Assembly: GCA_964035545.1 (NCBI GenBank)
Contig: OZ037766.1
Location: forward strand, 4,516,722-4,580,721
Length of the DNA stretch: 64,000 nt
Origin: Bugula neritina
Taxonomy: Eukaryota > Animalia > Bryozoa
Direction of reading: 5' to 3'
The position numbers were made by a program, and so were the translations under genes. Shown one piece after another: positions 1-11,600 of the stretch (the first letter of the stretch is position 1; every line of letters starts with the position of its first letter). A model generated the notes under the pieces. It worked only from the letters and a program-made list of their open reading frames with translations. It did no database searches and had not been told where the DNA came from.

Positions 1-234
1 ACAAAAGTAATAGTAATTGCAATTAATTACATTACCATGTAATTGTAATCAATTACACTAATTTCATTAATTATAATTGTAATTGAAAAATTTTCATGTA
101 ATAGTAATTAATTACATTCATATTCAGTAGTTGGTTACAATTACATTTTTATACATCAATTGCCCATTACATTCAATTACTTTAAAAAATGCAACAATTA
201 CAACCAATTACAAATTACAGATACCTCGTCCCTG
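1..234. mobile_element. Right end of a (GTAATT/AATTAC)-rich MITE-like repeat ending ...CCCTG, truncated by the window start
   Basis: Dense GTAATT/CAATTAC motifs in both orientations over 1-220, ending abruptly at cctcgtccctg. CAGGG/CCCTG termini are typical of hAT-type non-autonomous elements. The left end is not visible. Confidence 0.4.
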
Positions 235-1806
235 ATGAGTAATATTAATAGTAATAATAAATAGTTATATTGATATTACAAATAGAATAATTAATTATAT
301 TTAATAGATTTATAACTTGAAGTTAAATATAGTCTTATAAGTTTAAGTTGTAAATTTTATAACAGCTGTGCTAGCCTTGCTATGAAATTTTACATTTGAT
401 GAAATTGAATTATCAATGTTAAAATTGCTTTTATAATAGAGTTAAAAGCAACCGTTATGGTTCATTCATCAATATATAATTGTTATATAAAATAAATAAT
501 GTCTTGACTATTTTTTCTAACAATAATAGTCTCCTACTGCCACTGCCACCACTGTCACTACTACTTCATGCAATAATAATACTAAAGGAGAATGCAAAAT
601 TGTGATTGTGTTGCAGAAATATAAACTTTAAAGGTTAGGTGTTAGTCATAAAATATTGTGATTTTCAATTACTTCTACGATTTTATGCAGTTGAAATAAT
701 TCAAGTAATTCAGTTGTTTCTGTTGTGGCAGCTCATATCTTTAAATGAAACGAAGCAATGATTTTTATTCTTGTGTGAAATAAAGATAAAAAGTAGTTAG
801 TAAATTATGTAAAAAAACTTTTTTATCTGTAATCTAAATAAGATGTTAAAACCATACTTCCATGCAAAACATTTGTCTTTTGGTTTCATTAGATCTTGGG
901 TACCAACAACAGTTCAGCAATCATAATTTGTGATTCGTGATTTTTTTGCTCTTTTGAGCTATAAAAGAAATAATAGAAAATAGCTGGGGGAATGCATTAG
1001 ATATTAAAAGTTTAGCAAGATTATGTAATTAGGCAAAAGGTGTTAGACTTATAATAAAATCGTAACAAGCAAGCTAACATAACGTTTCAATAGTGATCAT
1101 CATTGTAATCTTTAATTTGCAATTTCCAAAAAAATACTTATATAAATAATGATTGCATTTGATTATTGCCACTCAAATCCTTTTGTCAACCCCAATTGAT
1201 TTTGTTAATAGTGCAATATTGTGTTGTGCTTAATATTAGTTTGATGAGATGGTCCAACTACGTTTTGAATTTAATTTAATACAATTGCGTAAGTCATCAT
1301 CAACGTGTTACTGCCATAAATTATAACTGAAAGGAGCTAGTAAAATTGCCTGATAGTTAGTACTACTTTAATTATTGATATTTATAGCCTGTTGATAGTT
1401 ACAGGATTCCCATAGTATGTACTAAATTGAACATACAATGCTGACATTTTTTGCTAAAAAGACTTTTCGTTGACTTTTGTACTAAGCAAACTACGCATTA
1501 AATGCTCAAAGTATATAAAACATAATTTACAGATAATTTCATACTCTCTATTTAGACATATTATTGTTGTATAAAATTTCCAATCTATGTATGTTTGCTC
1601 TGTCTGATCTGTACCTGGTAACCACAGTTTCATGTTTTATTAAAATGTATTTTCTCTTTAATAGTTTAATATAGCAAAACTTATATAAGAACAAAAATGG
1701 TAGAGGATTTCAAGAAACAATATAGCAAATCTCATTTTGTATTTTTTCCTAGTGGGCGTATGGTCTGACAGAATTTCAGTGGATAGATGAGCTGTCTGGT
1801 GCAAAC

Positions 1807-4800
1807 ATGGGAAATAACTGCTCTTCTCTGGAAAATATTGCAAAGAATGAGTATTTGTGTAGACTTTGCGGAAATGAATCAATCAATGAAAATGATCCAT
1901 TCTGGAACTCTCTACTCGCATTCTCATTGGTTGACTTAGATCTGGTTGCCGTTAGCTCTAGTAATTCTAAGCTCCTCGAAGACACTGTGATGCCTCTTTG
2001 TAAAAACATGTCGATAAACAATGTGAAAACAGGAAACTTTCATACTCAGGTCAACTATTTTATCCGCAGACTCGATGAGGTCATTACACATGAAGTTTCA
2101 GACTCGGAGAATTTGATAAACCCATTCACTTGGCAAGTTCTCAACTGTCTATTCATCATAAGAAATATTTGCAAGTACTTTGTGTGTAATCTATCTGAAG
2201 AGGTCATCATACAACAGTTTCTTAGGCCGGATGCTGGCAGCAGTGACTCTGGTCCAGATAATACTATCTCTAATTTCATTGGCTCTCTCACTAAGGGTCT
2301 CACTCAGTTGCCAGTTCATGAGACGACTATACTGCTGCATCTAGAAATGGTTAACACTTTACTCGCCATTCTCGGCATGGTTATGTACGACTCAGACTGT
2401 GCCACTAACAATGTGTTCTACATCGAGATCATGGAGGGAGAATCATCAAAATACGCTGTTCCACTGACCAAGTCTCTGCTCACCTCATATGCCATGTTTG
2501 ACAAGCTGCCTAGTTTCATCTACAAGACCGATGAAGCCAGCTCTCTCAGTTCTACTCTCTGGTCTGTCATGACTCTAGGAATGAGTGGCTCTGCTCGGTC
2601 AGAAGTGAAACATGTTAATCTCGGCTTGCAAAGTTTATTGCTGCTGTTGGTACTTTCAAATCATCCTTATACAGGGAACATGTACACAAAGACCCTTGCC
2701 ACGCTGATTGATGATGATAAACAACCTCTTGTAAAACCTGAGGTTGGTTTTTGCACCTTTTTTTAATATAGACAGCATTTTCTATCAACATTGTTGATAA
2801 TTTAGCAATGTGTTTATTTGAATGTTGTGATTTGATTGGAGGCTTTGTAATGATTTATACACTCCAGAGATGTAACTGAAAAACTTAGTTGTTGTATATC
2901 TATGAATTATTCACAAATGTTGAAAGTTACATGAAAGTCATTCTTGGCAACTATATATAAAAATGCTATCTTACTACATTAAAATATAACACATGTCTGC
3001 AGGTCATATATGCAAGGTGCTTGTTGTTTATATTATACATTGTGATATGGCACATGTCTGCAGGTCATATATGCAAGGTGCTTGTAGTTGTCTGTATTAT
3101 ACAGCTAATTTACGATGCCTTGTGTAAAGACCTTCATTCAGAACAAGCTAATCTCCTGCTATATAAGTTACTACATGAAAATGAAGTAATGAAAGCTTTT
3201 ATACTCTCAAGAACGGATATCGAAAAGATGATAGAGCCCCTACTCCTGGTTAGTTGTGATATTACTCTTAAAGAATTTGTGGAACATAGTCCACACAACT
3301 TTCTAATTTGCAGTCCGTATGTTTTAAGAGAACCAGTGGAAATTATACCTTGTGAATATAGCAGAAACTTATTAGCTTGCAATAACTCAAGAGAAGACAA
3401 TTTTACAGCCATATTTTTATTTTAAAACAAGAATTTACACACGACATTTCACCAGACTAGATGGTATTGGCTAGTTGGCGCTGCTTTAAAGTGTGAAAGC
3501 CTCCAAAACTTTAGGAGTTTAGGTGATGAGATTGCATCAGTGCATTTTGAAGCTCTGTGAAAACAGGGTTTTAGTATGAACAAGTATAATTATCTGACGC
3601 CATAATAAAATACTACATGGAACCTCAATAGCCCCTTATATTTATCAGTTTTGCTCTCTTTTGTGTCATTGCGCTAACTTGTATTTTAAAGCAGCTAAAT
3701 ATCTTTTATTTTCACTTGAACAGTAGCTTTTGACCACAATAGATATTACCGCACACATGCTGTAGGCTGCGTGTCTCTGTTGCTGTTAAACACTAAGCAT
3801 TTGTGTTTATGGAAATAATATTCCACACAACATGTTACAGATGGCACCGTATAAATTATAAAGTGTATTTACTAAACTATCAACACGATTAGATGGTTAT
3901 TTATAAACTGTAGTGTTGCAGGTTCTATACCAGCAGGATGCAGAGACTAACTCTAACCATATCTACTTAACGTTGATAACTCTGTTGATACTAACTGAGG
4001 ATGATGGCTTCAACAAAGACATGTTTAACACCAAACTGAACACCGTCAAGTGGTACAAAGAGAAATACATGACTGATGTCTCGTTAGGTACACTTTTAGT
4101 TAGATTTGAAGACTGCTATTTCCCTTAGTAATTGATATTTGCACTCTTTTATTGAGTCATATTTTTAAAATTAAAAGTTTCTAATATCTCAATTATAATT
4201 ATTAAAAAATTTAATCTTTAGTTATTTTTAACAATCAATTTTTTCTGCTTGATAAACCATAAACGGTTGTACTACATACATACATACAAGTAATGTTGAA
4301 AATTGTCTTTAAATTAATATCAGTAAGTTGCAATAAATGGTATTTGTATGATTGACAATGTTATGCAGGGGATATATTCATTCTGGTTGCTATAAAAGTG
4401 ATGCACTTCAACATGGCTCACACCAAAGACAAGTACCTCCACACCAACTGTCTAGCCATGCTGGCCAATATGTCCAGTAAATTCATCAACCTCAACCCTT
4501 ACGCCTGTCAGAAACTCTTCTCTTTCTACACCACGTTGGTTAAACGACACACCAAAACAGTTGAGAAAATACAATTAACCTCTCTAAAACAAGATGGTGA
4601 TAACGAGGGCTCGCAGGCATTGATCTCTCAGCTTACTGTGGTAGGTTGTTGAAGTTATCATAAACATTGCCAGCGTCTGTTACCAGCAACATAAAGCAGT
4701 GGCTTGTTAGGCTATTCCGTTAAAATGGTGGAAGTTTTACAGATTTTGAGAACTGCTGAGTTGTAAAAACATAGATGGGCTAGTGTGTACTATAAATGTT

Positions 4801-7145
4801 GCATAATGTTTTACATGTTCTCACCTCTCATTACATAATATAGCAATACTGCGTTGATTAGTTGATAATTATTAATTCATGTATAATATATCTAGTACTT
4901 TACTGGAATACGTGGCAGCAGCTAAAATATGTATGGCAAGAACACCTTCGGTTTTGTAAAACTTCAAGGCTTGAATCTTTTTTTTAACAATTTAAAAGAA
5001 AAAATAGTATATTTATTGATGCATGCTTTGGGCAATAGCTCAATATATACAGTAATTTAAACAATTTTCAGTTTAAACAAGCTGCTTCATCAATTATTTC
5101 CCATTTTAAAATATTTTTTCTCCCAAAATTGAAAAAGGTGTTACTAATATTGAAAAAATATTTTTACCTGTCTCTTCAATTTATCCTTCAACTACTTTGG
5201 AATGATAAAAGCTTTATATTACTAAAATTCTTAAAACTTTTGTTTTAATCTTTCATATGATTTTCATTCTATGATAGATATCTTAAGAAAAGTCCTACCT
5301 CATATCTCTACTATCTACTCTGCCCTATACAAAAACTGCATCGTATCCTGTGTTTACAGGACCTCCATGAAATCCAGGAGATGCTACGCATGGTATTCGA
5401 AGTTATCAACTCCTGTATAACCCACACTGTGCACTTGAATGTGCATCTAGTCCATGTCATGCTGTGTCACAGAGAGGAATTGGAGAAGTTTCGGGATCTG
5501 GAACAGTTTAAACATATTTTACAGGTTAGCATTCTGAAATGACTGTCGGATGTCGATTTTCTCTTTATATTAATTTGTATGTTTATATGTTGACTAATAA
5601 AAGTAATAGTCATAAAATTGCAGGTAGGTGCTAAAAGCTGAAGTTTGGTTAACTGAGTATTAGTATTTTAGTACCAGTGCTTTTGTTTACGCCAGTACAG
5701 CTACCTGTACGCTAATGTGAGCCACTCCTAGTGTTGTTCAACTGATGCTAGTGTGTATCAAGTTATATCTTTCTTCAGTCTGCATCACTATTGTAATGTA
5801 TATATGTCAAGTTTTCAAGTTTTTATCAAGTACTAGATGATACTGTACAAATTAGGTCATGTATAAAACAAGTGCAGTTATCATGAATGTACTCGCTGTG
5901 TAGAAGTCAATGAATACATTACAAACGTTCACACCAACATTAACTGGAGGTGATTGTAGATCGAGTTAAATTGAGGTTAAAGGTTTTCACACCTAATATT
6001 TCTTAGCTAGTAAAACACCGGCTTTCCATGTACCGATCTCAGACTCCAAAGATCGATCTCCGTCGATCTGAGCTGGTCGGTCTGTGGAGCTCGAACTCAG
6101 ATCGATCTCATGTCAATAAGACCATGGAAAGACGCCAGATCGATCTGAGAAGTAGAAAAAGACTGCGCGCTACAATGCTGTCTGCTAATAAAAATGATAA
6201 CTTGTTGATAATTACTAAGCAAAGTATTAAATAATTATGATAGCCACCTTTTCAGATGCCAAAACTTTGACTTTCAGTACAATGATTAAGAAAACTCAAT
6301 TATATGCAGTAGAAGGCAAAAAAATGGGAGAATTTAATTGAATTTAAATGACTATTAAAACTTAGTTTCATTAGCTATTTTCTTTGTAATTTTAAGCCCA
6401 ACAGTCCTGTAAGTTTATTAATAATCTGCAAGACAGCCATTAATTTTATATAAGCTGTCTAGCTAAAAAATTAAAATTAATTATTTTAAATTGGCCAAAT
6501 TACCATACCCTGAAAGCTTTGCTGCGTATATTTTATAGCTGGGATTAAATTTTAGACTACTACCATCTTGTTTTCAACAGTAGTAGCTTTAATCACTCAA
6601 ATAGGTGAACAAATTATACTTTTAAAGCATCCTTCACTTAAGAGGAGGCAACTTCGCGAGATCGATCTGACACTCTCATGGAAAAACAATCGATCTGAGC
6701 ACATTTCTCAGATCGATCTCAGCGAGATCGATCTGAGATCGGTACATGGAAAGCCCGTGAAATGGGATATGTCAACATTGTAATTCAAGCAAGTTCAGCT
6801 CAACTATTGTGTTCAATAAGCTGCCTTGCCAGGTGCCTCTGTGACCAACTGTGTGGTTATCATCTTTAATGGTTATCTTTGTAGAATATCCACATGCTAT
6901 TGGAGCAGTTTCACATCAAACTGGAGAAAGAGTTTGGTGAACAACCTCGATCTGTAGCCCAGGTTCTAGAAGTTATAGAGCAGGGACTGAAAACATTCAG
7001 AAAGAGCACTTTTCTCAAGTTCCCCGACTTAAAGTTTAAGTACGTCGAAGAAACAGACTCAAGTAGGTTTTTTGTACCCTATGTCTGGCAGATTGTGTGT
7101 CAGAAGTCTAATCTTCATTTTAGGCAGTCAAAATTTAATCTTTAG
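1807..7145 (+). CDS. DYM: Dymeclin (Dymeclin/HID1 family Golgi protein), 6 coding exons, ~647 aa
   Basis: Exons 1807-2742, 3105-3248, 3922-4087, 4369-4640, 5360-5524 and 6885-7145, all GT-AG with matching phases (0,0,1,0,0). N-myristoylation-type start MGNNCS. Dymeclin motifs SINENDPFWNSLLAFS, LYKLLHEN..FILSRTDIE, LLILTEDDGFN, DKYLHTNCLAMLANMS, KFPDLKFKYVEE...FFVPYVW. The exon 1/2 junction is the least certain. Confidence 0.95.
2990..3104 (+). repeat. Tandem duplication (~55-61 bp, 2 copies) of a DYM intron acceptor region
   Basis: cacatgtctgcaggtcatatatgcaaggtgcttgt...tattataca at 2990 and 3051. Confidence 0.85.
6016..6759. mobile_element. Non-autonomous DNA transposon (CAC...GTG termini, CMC/CACTA-Chapaev-like), 744 bp, in the last DYM intron
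   Basis: 28-bp TIRs with 1 mismatch (CACCGGCTTTCCATGTACCGATCTCAGA / TCTGAGATCGGTACATGGAAAGCCCGTG). Flanking AAA on both sides is a possible 3-bp TSD. About 8 subterminal AGATCGATCT-type palindromes. No transposase ORF. Confidence 0.85.
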
Positions 7146-7230
7146 TCACAATATTTAACCTCTTTAACCTGCTAGTAGGGCATCAAACATGAGGGCTGAA
7201 CTCTGACACTGACACTGATTACTAGTATTA

Positions 7231-7320
7231 TAGTATTGACTGTTAGTACTGACTGTTAGTACCAACTGCCAGTACTGACTGTTAGTACAGACTGTTAGTA
7301 TTGGCTGTTGGTACAGACTA
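7231..7320 (+). repeat. Degenerate 13-bp tandem repeat (GTACTGACTGTTA) in the DYM 3'UTR
   Basis: About 7 imperfect copies visible. Confidence 0.75.
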
Positions 7321-7475
7321 CTCGGTCGATGTGGAAACCTGCCCACTGTCTGAAGTCTGGAAAGGTTTAGTCTTAGATGTGAATCTGATGTTTAGTATAG
7401 TTTCTTAGGCTTAACAAGTCTTATATTTTCCTGTACATATAGCTTAGTTGGCGGAGTAGTCTCTCCTGATTTTCT

Positions 7476-7481
7476 AATAAA
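7476..7481 (+). terminator. Candidate DYM polyadenylation signal AATAAA
   Basis: First AATAAA I found after the stop (~330 nt), followed by T/GT-rich sequence. Confidence 0.55.
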
Positions 7482-8263
7482 AGCATTTTTGACACAATTT
7501 GAAAGTGTTTACTCTGTGCCATATAGTAGTAGTTTCACCTGACTGAATACTAACCTAATTCTGTTATTAGCATTTTTATTTTTACTAAATCTTTTTGTGA
7601 AAGTTTAAATGCGTGTTCAGCTTCTTCTGTTCTCTCTAATTTAATGCGTATTTTCAGTTTTTCTACTAAAATAATAAATTATAGCATTTGATACCCAAAA
7701 AAATGATTTATTGTCCATTCTACTGCTGATATTGTAATGTTATCTCATTCTCCTTTCTGTTAACAAAAACAATTAGTAAAACTGTTAGTCTGTGGTTCTT
7801 ACTCTAATAGTCGGTTAATTTAGCCTTTTATTTGTTCTGCAACAGTTTTACAGGATTTTGATATAATATTATTTTCTGGCTGTAAATAAATACGACAAAA
7901 GTTTGGACTCACTCTTTGATGAAGCTTTATTAAATGTTGCTAAATCCAGTTAACAAATATGTTAATAGACGCAAAAATGGACAACTCTTCAAACTATTTG
8001 TTAGCACCAAGGTACTTGCTGTTAGCCCACATCCAAATATTACTCTATGGGAAGATGTAGGGCATTTACACAGTGATGTAGTCTTGAAAGTTAGAACCCA
8101 CCAATAGCATTGCAAAAGCTTCTACTACATTCCTCCCCTTGTATCTCACGGATTCCTTTCCTCAAGAGAGTCTATACCTAGGTCATGAAAAGGGCCTGAA
8201 CCCCCCCCCCACCTCTCTCCAATTAAAGTAATAAAATATTTTATCAGGTTCTCAGTAATCAAT

Positions 8264-8269
8264 TTTATT
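8264..8269 (-). terminator. Candidate cadherin polyadenylation signal AATAAA
   Basis: TTTATT on +, ~365 nt past the cadherin stop. Other AATAAA matches exist nearby (e.g. ~8563). Confidence 0.4.
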
Positions 8270-8633
8270 GAACTGTACATTATTTTACAAAAAATCATTA
8301 AGAAACTTTATATATAAAGCAAAATAATCTATATAATACATACATACAATGTGGCAATAATTATATCAAATATGTTGTACAATAAATATTCATAGGTTTG
8401 CTATAATGGTAGTTCTCTACATAACTGACTAGTTTGGGGCAAAAATAGTTGATAAAATATTACTGATGGCTATAGTTGGCAAGAGCTTCTTCTTTACATA
8501 AATAAGAACAGGGATATAGTCATTAATCTTTTTACGTGTTTCTATATTGCACAGTGTGTAGGTTTATTGATGAATCCAATACTTTACAATATAATATATA
8601 TTATATTGAAATGATAAATGCAAATATTTCATA

Positions 8634-11600
8634 TCACACTTCTGTTGTTTCCAATCCATTCGCTGTTCTTCTAGTTTCATAAATCTTTCCGTATACTGAG
8701 TCACTCATTATCAGTCTATTAAAATGGCCGTCTTCTTTATTTGTACTATTGCTGTTATCTGATTGGCTATCAACAAATTTAGAGTCATAGTTGAGTTTAT
8801 TATGGTGATCATTGAATGTCAGTTGTATAACGTCCTCTGTGATTGGTGGAGGTGGACTACAGTCTAAGTTATTGCCCCGAAGGTCTAATCTCCAATCGTT
8901 ACTTCCTGCACTGGAGCATGACCGTGTCTCAGCGCCATTTAGTGGGTCTATGGCGTTGTCATCATGGGAGTTGCTGCTCCTGTGACTTTCGCTGTAACGC
9001 AAAAAAAGTTTTCACATGAAGTGTTGGTCATAATAATTTGCAATGGTAAAAATTTGTCATGATATTACAAAATACAGGTAGAAAAAATATTTTAATTTGT
9101 TGGTTTACTTGTGATAGTGAAATATGCTAGACTTTTAAAAAATAAAAAAATTCAAAGTTGGCTGTGGAAAAGAAGTCACGTCACTAATTTTTCCACATTT
9201 AATGTGTATAATATAAGGATTGCTATGACATTGCTTTTGTGCAACCAATGAAAATGTTTCCTAATTATAATAGGTTACAAGTAATACACAAATGTACAAT
9301 GATATAATGCATTTCTTATAATTGTCATCACTTCACTTAGGAGCAGATAACATTTAGTAAACACTCCAATATATGCACTAAAATATACAAGAGTTGAAAG
9401 AAATAACAGATCTACAACATAAAAGCGTTACATTTCATCTAAACTGGGTGTTTTATGACAATCAAATAATTATAGTTAAGAACACGACTGCAAACTAACA
9501 CAACAAATGTAAAATAGAGAAGCAGAGAGAAGACTTGTAGCAAATTTGAAAGATTTTGTAATTTAATGCATTGGGTATATTGACAGGATCACACACAGTG
9601 TTAACATACATGTTGTAATACAGAGCAAACTTTTATACGGAGAGAAAAAATAGCAAAGTAACTGGAACTAGAAAGATGAAATTTTTCAATAACAGTTTTA
9701 GAAAGCTAGCTAAATGTAATACAAGTTTAAGAATGGAAAGTAGAACAAGCAGATAAGAGGTTTCTAACAAACTAGGGTAACAACTAGATAAAGCAAGATA
9801 ATGCACTAGCAATCATATTGATTGCTCTGTTAGAAAATTAGTACATTATGATGAAGTCCATAGCATTTCAGAGTACTTCTAATTATTATGCAAAGTTCAA
9901 TATTTTATATTGACTGACTCAAAAACTATAACTTAGATTTGATTTTAACCAAAACTTTTGTGAAATGTTTGTAATTTTTATTGATGGAGAATTAAAAGCA
10001 TGCCATCTTTTCGCGTTAATCAAAGTAAAGAGTTATCTACACATGCAGACAGAACAATATTACAACAGCAGAGAGAAGCTATGAAATAACGCATATGATA
10101 TATGCTCTCACCGTGACTGCCGATAAAACTTATGTCTACAGAGAAATATGAAGACATAGATGTGAAACAAATAAAACTTATAACCAAGCAATTTATATTA
10201 AACATATACTGTGAAATGCAATGCAATATCTCTCAAATCATATAAAATATATAATTGTGAAACACTAAATCAACTTCTGTAAAGGTGGTTCTATAAGCAG
10301 CTCCGAGTTGGGGGTGAATCAGTGCAGTAGTTTGGAGTTCTCAAGCTCATAATTGGGGGACCTAACTCCAAACTTGAGATCCTAAACTATTGCACTCAGC
10401 CACTCCCAATTTGCAGTTGCAATTCTTTAAAAAAGTTTTAAGTAGCTTGTATTTATTGACTAGGATTTAGTAACGGTGCTAATATTGTCAAAATTGGGAT
10501 AACTCCAAAGATGCAATTTAGTGTGCAAGGCATCACCGTGAGTGAACAATACAGTCTTACAGCATAGTGATCATTCATACAGTTAATAATTTGATTAATT
10601 AATTACATTGCAGTGGAATTAGACATTAAGCATCATGCAAAATTTAGTGGCAATGCATTGCAGCAAATTTACTAATTGCAAACTGCATATCTTCCATAAT
10701 GATTATGGTGAAAACACAAAATAGATTTGCCCTGCTTACATTTTCCAAAGCCATACTTGTGCTTTATACATATTTGTTAAGCGACGTATGGTGGTTATTG
10801 AACTACATTGACTTCAAATCTTACCATTCATTTCAAATTAGCATTTTGTAGTGCCTGTTGAAAGCCTAGATATGATTTTATAGCCATCTCCTAGACTATT
10901 GAATAATAATTATAGAGTTAATAATGCACTGTAATTTTTAAAAGTGCAAGATTGAAATTTTGGAGTTGTCTTACTTGAAACTAGAGAAAAGATATTTCTC
11001 ACCCTGATGGATAATAAATGTGTCCAACTTATATTATAGATGAGTATAGTTAGCTAGCAATAATTAGATTTTTGTGTATTCAGTATAGAAGTGCAATGTA
11101 CTAGAAAATATAAAATTAATAAATTATCTACATGCAGAAGCTGCAGTAAAACTCGTCTCAATCCATGAGTAAAATTTACCTGTCGAATGCTCCATTTGTT
11201 TTTGCCCAATCAAAATTATTCATGGATGCATCTTTATCCCAACCTTGATTTGCACTGTAAAATAATGTTATCTATTTTAAAATAATTAGCAAATAGCTAT
11301 AAAAGACATTTTGAAAATAAGTTTTGTAGCCTCAGCATAATTTCAGCTACATAACAGATATGCTGCATGCTGAGTCGAACAACAGGTTACACCAAGACAC
11401 AGTTCACCAGATGCAAGCACAAAGGCTAAATAAATTAAACAAATTTAGACACATTGCTATTACACATTCTTGCAGCAAGTTATTTAAAATCATAGAAAAT
11501 GTTAGCATGCATGTTTAAACTTAGCACTATTACAATATCTTCTATGGTATAATCAACTACTATATTCATAGCGATTTTGTTAGCACAGTTCTATATGTAT

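Noticed and set aside
2868-2934. Possible hidden DYM exon (DVTEKLSCCISMNYSQML)
   Set aside because: No AG acceptor in the required phase 0
6028-6783. ORFs with repeated IDL motifs
   Set aside because: They derive from the MITE subterminal GATCGATCT repeats; there are no transposase motifs
8600-8636. Stop-codon readthrough of the cadherin TGA
   Set aside because: The context is TGA-TAT, not TGA-CTA(G), and the extension is short and would bury the TEV ligand
9432-10802. Further 3n segments (12 nt at 9432-9443; 63 nt at ~10740-10802) as microexons
   Set aside because: Acceptors lack a pyrimidine tract, so they are likely chance
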